Source: Mycobacterium tuberculosis H37Rv
GTDB lineage: Bacteria > Actinomycetota > Actinomycetes > Mycobacteriales > Mycobacteriaceae
Length of the DNA stretch: 32,000 nt
Reading direction: 5' to 3'
NCBI RefSeq assembly: GCF_000195955.2
Contig: NC_000962.3
Span: 2,880,001-2,912,000 of the forward strand
Positions 17,896-27,825 of the stretch are shown in pieces. Below the pieces are notes generated by a model. It was not told the origin of the DNA. It did no database searches and saw nothing but the letters and a program-made list of their open reading frames with translations. The stretch's first letter is position 1, and the number at the start of each line of letters is the position of its first letter. The translations under genes were made by a program, and so were the position numbers.

Positions 17896-18783
17896 ATTGC
17901 AACAGGCATTGCCCTAGTCGGACCCGGTGCCGTCGGAACGACGGTCGCCGCGCTGTTGCACAAGGCCGGGTATTCGCCGCTGTTGTGCGGCCACACTCCG
18001 CGCGCCGGGATCGAGCTCCGGCGAGACGGCGCAGACCCCATCGTGGTGCCCGGTCCGGTGCACACCAGTCCTCGGGAGGTTGCCGGCCCGGTCGATGTGC
18101 TGATCCTGGCGGTCAAGGCCACTCAGAACGACGCCGCACGTCCCTGGCTGACCCGCCTGTGCGACGAGCGCACCGTGGTGGCCGTGCTGCAAAACGGTGT
18201 CGAACAGGTCGAGCAGGTCCAGCCGCATTGTCCGTCCTCGGCCGTGGTTCCCGCGATCGTGTGGTGTTCGGCCGAGACCCAGCCGCAAGGGTGGGTGCGC
18301 TTGCGCGGTGAAGCCGCACTGGTCGTTCCCACCGGGCCCGCGGCCGAGCAGTTCGCCGGGCTGCTGCGCGGTGCCGGCGCCACGGTGGACTGCGACCCCG
18401 ACTTCACCACGGCGGCCTGGCGCAAACTACTGGTCAACGCGCTGGCGGGATTTATGGTGCTGTCCGGACGGCGGTCGGCAATGTTCCGCCGCGACGACGT
18501 CGCGGCATTGTCGCGCCGCTATGTCGCCGAATGCCTGGCGGTGGCGCGCGCTGAGGGTGCCCGACTCGATGACGACGTCGTCGACGAAGTGGTCCGCCTC
18601 GTCCGGTCGGCCCCGCAGGACATGGGCACCTCGATGCTGGCCGACCGGGCAGCCCACCGGCCACTGGAATGGGATTTGCGCAATGGGGTGATCGTCCGCA
18701 AGGCCCGCGCCCACGGCCTGGCCACCCCGATCAGCGACGTGCTGGTGCCGCTGCTGGCGGCTGCCAGCGACGGTCCCGGATAG
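17896..18783 (+). CDS. Ketopantoate reductase-like (ApbA/PanE family) protein, Rv2573-like; probable non-canonical ATT start
   Basis: Frame 1 is open from TAA at 17872; IATGIALVGPGAVGTTVAALLHKAGY supplies the Rossmann motif and lies upstream of TTG 17956 and GTG 18043. Confidence 0.75.
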   Translation: MATGIALVGPGAVGTTVAALLHKAGYSPLLCGHTPRAGIELRRDGADPIVVPGPVHTSPREVAGPVDVLILAVKATQNDAARPWLTRLCDERTVVAVLQNGVEQVEQVQPHCPSSAVVPAIVWCSAETQPQGWVRLRGEAALVVPTGPAAEQFAGLLRGAGATVDCDPDFTTAAWRKLLVNALAGFMVLSGRRSAMFRRDDVAALSRRYVAECLAVARAEGARLDDDVVDEVVRLVRSAPQDMGTSMLADRAAHRPLEWDLRNGVIVRKARAHGLATPISDVLVPLLAAASDGPG

Positions 18784-18805
18784 CAATGTAGCTAATGTCT
18801 AGATC

Positions 18806-19309
18806 ATGTACCCCTGCGAGCGGGTAGGCCTGAGCTTCACCGAGACCGCGCCTTACCTCTTCCGCAACACCGTCGACCTGGCCATCACGCCCGAGCAACT
18901 CTTCGAAGTGCTCGCCGACCCGCAGGCCTGGCCACGCTGGGCAACGGTGATCACAAAGGTGACCTGGACCAGTCCCGAACCGTTCGGCGCCGGCACCACC
19001 CGCATCGTCGAGATGCGCGGGGGTATCGTCGGCGACGAAGAGTTCATTTCGTGGGAGCCTTTCACCCGCATGGCATTTCGGTTCAACGAATGCTCCACCA
19101 GAGCCGTCGGCGCGTTCGCCGAAGACTATCGGGTGCAGGCCATCCCCGGTGGTTGCCGGCTGACCTGGACCATGGCGCAGAAACTCGCCGGCCCGGCGCG
19201 GCCGGCGCTGTTCGTCTTCCGGCCCCTGCTGAACCTGGCGCTGCGCCGGTTTCTAAGGAATCTGCGCAGGTATACCGACGCTCGGTTCGCCGCTGCGCAG
19301 CAGAGTTAG
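18806..19309 (+). CDS. SRPBCC/polyketide-cyclase-like protein (Rv2574-like)
   Basis: 167 aa; ITPEQLFEVLADPQAWPRWATVITKVTWTSPEPFGAGTTRIVEMRGG typical of START/SRPBCC. Confidence 0.85.
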   Translation: MYPCERVGLSFTETAPYLFRNTVDLAITPEQLFEVLADPQAWPRWATVITKVTWTSPEPFGAGTTRIVEMRGGIVGDEEFISWEPFTRMAFRFNECSTRAVGAFAEDYRVQAIPGGCRLTWTMAQKLAGPARPALFVFRPLLNLALRRFLRNLRRYTDARFAAAQQS

Positions 19310-19338
19310 GCTGGATCGGCCGATTTCGGGAGCGTGCG

Positions 19339-20220
19339 ATGACCTTCAACGAGGGTGTGCAAATCGATACCAGCACCACGTCGACCTCGGGTAGCGGTGG
19401 CGGGCGGCGCTTGGCCATCGGGGGCGGCCTCGGTGGGCTACTGGTGGTGGTGGTCGCAATGCTGCTCGGCGTCGATCCCGGTGGCGTGCTGAGCCAACAA
19501 CCTCTCGACACCCGCGACCACGTAGCACCCGGTTTCGACCTGAGCCAGTGCAGAACCGGGGCCGATGCCAACAGGTTCGTGCAGTGCCGGGTGGTGGCCA
19601 CCGGTAACTCCGTGGACGCGGTATGGAAACCGCTGTTGCCCGGCTACACCCGCCCACACATGCGGCTGTTCAGCGGCCAGGTAGGCACCGGATGCGGACC
19701 GGCCAGCAGCGAGGTCGGGCCGTTCTACTGCCCAGTGGACAAAACGGCCTACTTCGACACCGACTTCTTCCAGGTGCTGGTCACCCAATTCGGTTCCAGT
19801 GGCGGCCCATTCGCGGAAGAGTATGTGGTGGCCCATGAATACGGCCATCACGTGCAGAACCTGCTGGGGGTGCTCGGCCGCGCTCAGCAGGGTGCGCAAG
19901 GTGCTGCGGGCAGTGGCGTGCGCACGGAGTTGCAGGCGGACTGCTACGCCGGGGTGTGGGCATACTACGCGTCCACCGTCAAGCAGGAGAGCACCGGTGT
20001 GCCTTACCTGGAGCCGTTGAGCGACAAGGACATCCAAGACGCCCTCGCGGCCGCGGCAGCGGTGGGCGACGACCGTATCCAACAGCAGACGACCGGACGC
20101 ACCAACCCCGAGACCTGGACGCATGGCTCGGCCGCGCAACGGCAGAAGTGGTTCACTGTCGGATACCAGACTGGCGACCCCAACATCTGCGACACCTTTT
20201 CCGCCGCGGACCTGGGGTAG
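19339..20220 (+). CDS. Membrane-anchored neutral zinc metallopeptidase (YpfJ family), Rv2575-like
   Basis: 293 aa; N-terminal TM; EEYVVAHEYGHHVQNLLG (HExxH), ELQADCYAGVWA. Confidence 0.92.
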   Translation: MTFNEGVQIDTSTTSTSGSGGGRRLAIGGGLGGLLVVVVAMLLGVDPGGVLSQQPLDTRDHVAPGFDLSQCRTGADANRFVQCRVVATGNSVDAVWKPLLPGYTRPHMRLFSGQVGTGCGPASSEVGPFYCPVDKTAYFDTDFFQVLVTQFGSSGGPFAEEYVVAHEYGHHVQNLLGVLGRAQQGAQGAAGSGVRTELQADCYAGVWAYYASTVKQESTGVPYLEPLSDKDIQDALAAAAAVGDDRIQQQTTGRTNPETWTHGSAAQRQKWFTVGYQTGDPNICDTFSAADLG

Positions 20221-20225
20221 GCGAA

Positions 20226-20690
20226 TTACCAGGGACGAGTCGAGCACTGCACGCCGCTGCCGCCGTCCTGCGACACCACCACCTGGCCGTCTACAACAAT
20301 CTCGCAGTGGAACTCCGGATTGACCCGCAGGCCGCCGCTGGCGGTGACGATCGCCCACTGGCTCGGGTTTGCCAGCGTGGCGGTATAGACCAGCGGCTGA
20401 CCGCCAGCGATCGGAGTGTGCAAGGTAATCATGTACTTCGATGAATCGGCATTGAAAGCCGCCATGCTGGGCGGATCGGCGCTCATGTACCGAATGTTGG
20501 CCATCAGGTCGCTGGTGGTCGTGACGGTGTAGGTCACCTGATGCCCGACCGGATCCGCGCGGGCAATCGCCGGGATGACCCCGCTGAGCGCGGCTCCGGC
20601 AAACGTCACCAGCGCGACGGCGCTTGGCACTGTGCGCACGGACGTCATATCTAAAACGCTACCGGATGCGTTACCGACGCCGGCCGGCAC
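20226..20690 (-). CDS. Secreted MmpS-like protein (Rv2576c-like)
   Basis: 154 aa; signal peptide-like segment (better start possibly M15 at 20648); VTYTVTTTSDLMANIRYMSADP...FHCEIVVDGQVVVSQDGGSGVQC. Confidence 0.8.
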   Translation of the reverse strand: MPAGVGNASGSVLDMTSVRTVPSAVALVTFAGAALSGVIPAIARADPVGHQVTYTVTTTSDLMANIRYMSADPPSMAAFNADSSKYMITLHTPIAGGQPLVYTATLANPSQWAIVTASGGLRVNPEFHCEIVVDGQVVVSQDGGSGVQCSTRPW

Positions 20691-20877
20691 TGCATGCGAT
20701 GACCGTCGCCCGCCATCCGGGCAAGCCGAATTGCGTGAGCCGCACCGCCATTAGCAGCCGAAAGCTGTCGTTGGCCTCGGGCTTCGCGCTCTGGAGGCGA
20801 TCGCTGGTGTGAGCGTCTACGCAGTTCAGAAAGCCTTTCCGAGCAACGCGCCGAGGTAACTTCAGATTTCGGCAGCC

Positions 20878-20897
20878 GGTTTACCCGCAGGTAAACC
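20878..20897. promoter_or_regulatory. Perfect 8-bp inverted repeat GGTTTACC-CGCA-GGTAAACC
   Basis: Directly read; 20 nt upstream of the acid phosphatase GTG start at 20918. Confidence 0.55.
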
Positions 20898-20917
20898 AGG
20901 GCGGGTATGAAACGTGA

Positions 20918-22507
20918 GTGGGCGCCGATCTGAAGCAGCCGCAGGATGCCGATTCACCCCCGAAAGGGGTTAGCCGCCGTAGGTTCCTGACGACGGGCGC
21001 GGCAGCGGTTGTTGGGACAGGTGTCGGCGCGGGCGGGACCGCGCTGCTGTCGTCACACCCCCGGGGTCCTGCCGTCTGGTATCAACGTGGTCGGAGCGGC
21101 GCGCCTCCGGTGGGTGGTCTGCACCTGCAGTTCGGCCGGAATGCCAGCACCGAAATGGTGGTGTCCTGGCATACCACGGACACCGTCGGCAATCCGCGAG
21201 TCATGCTGGGCACGCCAACCTCTGGCTTCGGCAGCGTCGTGGTGGCCGAGACCCGGTCGTACCGGGATGCGAAGTCCAATACCGAGGTGCGCGTCAACCA
21301 CGCTCACCTGACCAACCTGACACCCGATACCGACTACGTCTACGCCGCGGTGCACGACGGTACAACTCCGGAGCTCGGGACCGCACGGACCGCACCGTCG
21401 GGTCGAAAACCGCTACGCTTCACCAGCTTCGGTGATCAGTCCACTCCCGCGTTGGGCAGACTGGCCGACGGGAGGTACGTCAGCGACAACATCGGATCCC
21501 CCTTCGCCGGTGACATCACGATTGCGATCGAGCGTATTGCCCCGTTGTTCAACCTGATCAACGGTGACCTGTGTTACGCCAACCTGGCACAAGACCGAAT
21601 TCGCACCTGGTCGGACTGGTTTGACAACAACACCCGCTCGGCGCGCTACCGGCCGTGGATGCCGGCAGCGGGCAATCACGAGAACGAAGTCGGTAACGGG
21701 CCAATCGGTTATGACGCCTATCAGACCTACTTTGCGGTACCCGACTCGGGATCCAGCCCGCAACTGCGCGGGCTATGGTACTCGTTCACCGCCGGCTCGG
21801 TGCGGGTGATCAGCCTGCACAACGATGATGTGTGCTACCAGGACGGTGGCAACTCCTACGTACGCGGCTATTCGGGCGGCGAACAACGGCGCTGGCTGCA
21901 AGCCGAACTCGCCAACGCTCGGCGCGACTCGGAAATCGACTGGGTGGTCGTCTGCATGCATCAGACCGCGATCTCCACCGCCGACGACAACAACGGTGCC
22001 GACCTCGGAATCCGGCAGGAATGGCTACCGCTGTTCGACCAGTACCAGGTCGACCTGGTGGTGTGCGGCCACGAACACCACTACGAGCGGTCACATCCGC
22101 TGCGCGGGGCCCTGGGCACCGATACCCGAACACCGATACCCGTCGACACCCGCAGCGACCTCATCGACTCAACCCGGGGAACCGTGCACCTGGTAATCGG
22201 TGGGGGCGGCACGTCGAAGCCGACCAACGCGCTGCTCTTCCCGCAGCCTCGGTGCCAGGTGATAACCGGCGTCGGGGATTTTGATCCCGCGATCCGGCGT
22301 AAGCCGTCCATATTCGTGCTCGAGGATGCGCCGTGGTCGGCGTTCCGCGACCGCGATAATCCTTACGGCTTCGTGGCCTTCGACGTCGACCCGGGTCAAC
22401 CCGGCGGCACTACCTCGATCAAGGCGACGTATTACGCGGTGACTGGGCCGTTCGGGGGACTCACCGTCATCGACCAATTCACCTTGACCAAGCCGCGCGG
22501 CGGATAG
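20918..22507 (+). CDS. Tat-exported purple acid phosphatase-like metallophosphoesterase (Rv2577-like)
   Basis: 529 aa; SRRRFLTTGAAAVV Tat signal; SFGDQS, NGDLCYAN, AGNHENE, VCMHQT, CGHEHHYERSHP metal-ligand motifs. Confidence 0.93.
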   Translation: MGADLKQPQDADSPPKGVSRRRFLTTGAAAVVGTGVGAGGTALLSSHPRGPAVWYQRGRSGAPPVGGLHLQFGRNASTEMVVSWHTTDTVGNPRVMLGTPTSGFGSVVVAETRSYRDAKSNTEVRVNHAHLTNLTPDTDYVYAAVHDGTTPELGTARTAPSGRKPLRFTSFGDQSTPALGRLADGRYVSDNIGSPFAGDITIAIERIAPLFNLINGDLCYANLAQDRIRTWSDWFDNNTRSARYRPWMPAAGNHENEVGNGPIGYDAYQTYFAVPDSGSSPQLRGLWYSFTAGSVRVISLHNDDVCYQDGGNSYVRGYSGGEQRRWLQAELANARRDSEIDWVVVCMHQTAISTADDNNGADLGIRQEWLPLFDQYQVDLVVCGHEHHYERSHPLRGALGTDTRTPIPVDTRSDLIDSTRGTVHLVIGGGGTSKPTNALLFPQPRCQVITGVGDFDPAIRRKPSIFVLEDAPWSAFRDRDNPYGFVAFDVDPGQPGGTTSIKATYYAVTGPFGGLTVIDQFTLTKPRGG

Positions 22508-22508
22508 C

Positions 22509-24541
<2,033 letters not shown>

Positions 24542-24559
24542 CCGCAACCGGGCCTCATG

Positions 24560-24780
24560 CTAGGCCACCGGCGACCGACGGACTTCCCGCGCGAGCCGCT
24601 CCAAAAGCCTCAGCCGCTCGGGGTGGTCGGCTCGTCAAACGACAGCCCTATCAGCCGAGACACCACGTTGTGCAGCGCGTCAAACACCTCCAGGATCTCT
24701 TCTCGGCTACTCGAAACCCATGTTTGAAACGTATGACGCCCACCGACAAGAATGGCCGCCTTGAGGCCCTGCGGCCACGG
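24560..24780 (-). pseudogene. Degenerate short ORF with one apparent frameshift
   Basis: Minus-strand LKAAILVGGRHTFQTWVSSSREEILEVFDALHNVVSRLIGLSFDE then +/-1 shift into ADHPERLRLLERLAREVRRSPVA-stop, with GC-rich third positions. Confidence 0.35.
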
Positions 24781-24820
24781 TGGCGCAAGTGATTTCGGTG
24801 ACTCCGGCTGGAAGCGGCGA

Positions 24821-26092
24821 CTACCCAGCCAGCCGCGAAATTACTTCGGCCACAACCGAATCCATCGAGACCGAAACTTGCTCACCCGTCGTCAAGTCCT
24901 TCACTGCGACCGTCCCGGCCTCGATGTCGCGGTCGCCCGCTACCAACGCAACACGGGCGCCGGAACGAGCGGCCGCGCGCATCGCGCCTTTGAGCCCGCG
25001 ATCACCATAGGCAAGGTCAACCCGCACCCCGGCCGCGCGCAGTCGTCCAGCCAGCACCGCCAGCCTGAGCTTGGCCGCCTCGCCAAGCGGCACGCCGAAC
25101 ACGTCGCACCGGGCGCTGTCCCCCGCCGTCTTGCCCTCGGCCCGCAGCGCCAGCACGGTCCGGTCCACGCCCAGCCCGAACCCGATGCCCGACAAGTCCT
25201 GCCCGCCAAGCTGGTGCATCAGGCCGTCGTAGCGCCCCCCGCCGCCGATCCCCGATTGCGCACCAAGCCCGTCATGGACGAACTCGAAGGCGGTCTTGGT
25301 GTAGTAGTCCAGGCCGCGCACCATGCGCGGGTTGATGACATAGGGCACTCCAAGCGCGTCCAGATGGGCGAGCACGGTGTCGAAATGCTGCTTGGCGACA
25401 TCAGACAGATGATCCAGCAACACCGGCGCCGACGCCGTCATCGCACGCAATTCGGGTCGCTTGTCGTCGAGCACCCGCAGCGGATTGATCCCTGCGCGCC
25501 TGCGGGTGTCCTCGTCGAGATCGAGTCCAAACAAGAACTCCTGCAACAGTTCCCGGTACTGCGGACGGCAACTCTCGTCTCCCAGGGAGGTGATTTCCAG
25601 CCGGAACCCGTCGAGACCCAACGAGCGGAACCCGGCGTCGGCAATGGCGATCACCTCGGCGTCCAACGCCGGGTCGTCGACGCCGATCGCCTCCACCCCG
25701 ACTTGCTGTAACTGGCGATACCGGCCGGCCTGCGGACGCTCGTAGCGGAAAAACGGGCCCGCATAACACAACTTCACCGGCAGCGCGCCGCGATCCAGCC
25801 CGTGTTCGATCACCGCACGCACCACCCCGGCGGTGCCCTCGGGCCGCAGCGTCACCGAGCGGTCGCCACGGTCGGCGAACGTATACATCTCCTTGGACAC
25901 CACGTCGGTGGATTCACCCACGCCCCGGGCGAACAGGGCGGTGTCCTCGAAGATGGGCAGCTCGATGTGGCTATAGCCGGCTTGACGGGCCGCCGCGAGC
26001 AGCCCGTCGCGCACCGCGACGAACTGCGCCGAGTCGGGCGGGACGTAGTCCGGTACCCCCTTGGGGGCCGAAAATGACGAGAATTCCGTCAC
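24821..26092 (-). CDS. hisS: Histidyl-tRNA synthetase
   Basis: 423 aa; [60 protein letters not shown] motifs. Confidence 0.97.
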
Positions 26093-26763
26093 CGGCTCAA
26101 GCCCTCAAGGAACGGATTGAAGCGCCGCTCGGCCCCAATGGTGGTGGAGTTGCCGTGCCCGGGCAGCACCACCGTGCTGTCGTCGAGCACCAGGAGTTTG
26201 TCGACGATGGAGCGCAACAGGTCGCGGCCGCTGCCGCCGGCCAAGTCGGTGCGGCCTATCGCACGCTCGAACAGGGTGTCACCGGTGAACACGATGTCCT
26301 TGTCGTTGTTGGTCGCCTGCAGGACCCGGAAGACCACCGACCCGCGGGTGTGACCCGGTGTGTGATCGATGTTGACCGAGATGCCGCCGAGGTCGATCTT
26401 GTCGCCGTCTCGGTCCAGCTCCACAACCTGTTTAGGCTCACGAAAGAACGCACCCGCAACCAGCTGCGCTATCCGCGGGCCCAGGCCGTAGATGGGGTCG
26501 GTCAGCATGAACCGGTCGGCGGGATGCACATAGGTGGGGCAGCCGAAGGTGTCTGAGACCTTCTGCGCGGACCAGATGTGATCGATGTGTCCGTGGGTGA
26601 GCAGCACCGCGGCAGGGGTCAGCCGGTTCTTGTCGAGGATGCGACGCAGCGTGCCCATCGCACCCTGGCCCGGATCGACGATGACGGCGTCGGTTCCGGG
26701 CCGCTCGGCCAGCACATAACAGTTACACGCCAGCAACCCCGCAGGAAATCCGGTGATCAACAC
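26089..26763 (-). CDS. Metallo-beta-lactamase-fold hydrolase, glyoxalase II-like (Rv2581c-like)
   Basis: GTG start at 26763 gives 224 aa; [14 protein letters not shown] (THxHxDH); [12 protein letters not shown]; GHG near C-terminus; 4-nt overlap with hisS. Confidence 0.92.
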
Positions 26764-26813
26764 GGTTCCCAGTTTCCCATCCCCGGCGTCCGGGGACGAG
26801 GCGGGCCGCGAAC

Positions 26814-27740
26814 ATGGGCCACTTGACACCGGTCGCGGCGCCCCGATTAGCCTGTGCTTTCGTGCCGACCAATGCTCAGCGACGTGCCACAGCCAAACGC
26901 AAACTCGAACGACAACTAGAGCGCCGCGCCAAGCAAGCCAAACGCCGTCGCATCTTGACTATCGTCGGTGGCTCACTCGCAGCGGTGGCCGTGATCGTCG
27001 CGGTAGTCGTCACGGTGGTGGTCAACAAGGACGACCACCAGAGCACCACGTCAGCAACCCCCACCGACTCGGCCTCGACCAGCCCCCCGCAGGCCGCGAC
27101 CGCTCCCCCGCTGCCGCCGTTCAAGCCGTCGGCCAACCTCGGCGCCAACTGCCAGTACCCGCCGTCGCCGGACAAGGCCGTCAAACCGGTCAAGTTGCCC
27201 CGGACCGGCAAGGTACCCACCGACCCGGCCCAGGTCAGCGTGAGCATGGTGACCAACCAGGGCAACATCGGTCTAATGCTGGCCAACAACGAATCGCCGT
27301 GTACGGTCAATAGTTTCGTCAGCCTCGCGCAGCAGGGTTTCTTCAAGGGCACCACTTGTCACCGGCTGACCACCTCACCAATGTTGGCGGTTCTGCAATG
27401 CGGCGACCCTAAGGGCGACGGCACGGGCGGTCCGGGCTACCAGTTCGCCAACGAATACCCCACCGACCAATACTCGGCGAACGACCCCAAGTTGAACGAG
27501 CCCGTCATCTATCCGCGCGGGACACTGGCCATGGCCAACGCCGGCCCTAATACCAACAGCAGCCAGTTCTTCATGGTCTACCGGGACTCAAAGCTGCCAC
27601 CCCAATACACCGTGTTCGGCACGATCCAGGCCGACGGACTGACCACCCTGGACAAGATCGCCAAGGCCGGCGTCGCCGGTGGCGGCGAAGACGGCAAGCC
27701 CGCCACCGAAGTCACCATCACGTCGGTGCTGCTGGATTAG
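26814..27740 (+). CDS. ppiB: Membrane-anchored peptidyl-prolyl cis-trans isomerase, cyclophilin type
   Basis: 308 aa; one TM after basic N-terminus; GTGGPGYQFANEY, ANAGPNTNSSQFFMVY cyclophilin motifs. Confidence 0.95.
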   Translation: MGHLTPVAAPRLACAFVPTNAQRRATAKRKLERQLERRAKQAKRRRILTIVGGSLAAVAVIVAVVVTVVVNKDDHQSTTSATPTDSASTSPPQAATAPPLPPFKPSANLGANCQYPPSPDKAVKPVKLPRTGKVPTDPAQVSVSMVTNQGNIGLMLANNESPCTVNSFVSLAQQGFFKGTTCHRLTTSPMLAVLQCGDPKGDGTGGPGYQFANEYPTDQYSANDPKLNEPVIYPRGTLAMANAGPNTNSSQFFMVYRDSKLPPQYTVFGTIQADGLTTLDKIAKAGVAGGGEDGKPATEVTITSVLLD

Positions 27741-27749
27741 CCCGACGCT

Positions 27750-27813
27750 CGCCGAGCAGACACAGAATCGCACGAAATCAGCCCGCCCAATGCGATTCTG
27801 CGTCTGCTCGGCG
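27750..27813. terminator. Bidirectional stem-loop between convergent ppiB and relA
   Basis: CGCCGAGCAGACACAGAATCGCA (27750-27772) / TGCGATTCTGCGTCTGCTCGGCG (27791-27813): 22 of 23 complementary positions, 18-nt loop, no U-tract. Confidence 0.8.
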
Positions 27814-27825
27814 GAGAAAAGCGCG

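Noticed and set aside
24752-25711. 319-aa plus-strand ORF
   Set aside because: Antisense to hisS; Arg/His/Gln-rich shadow ORF.
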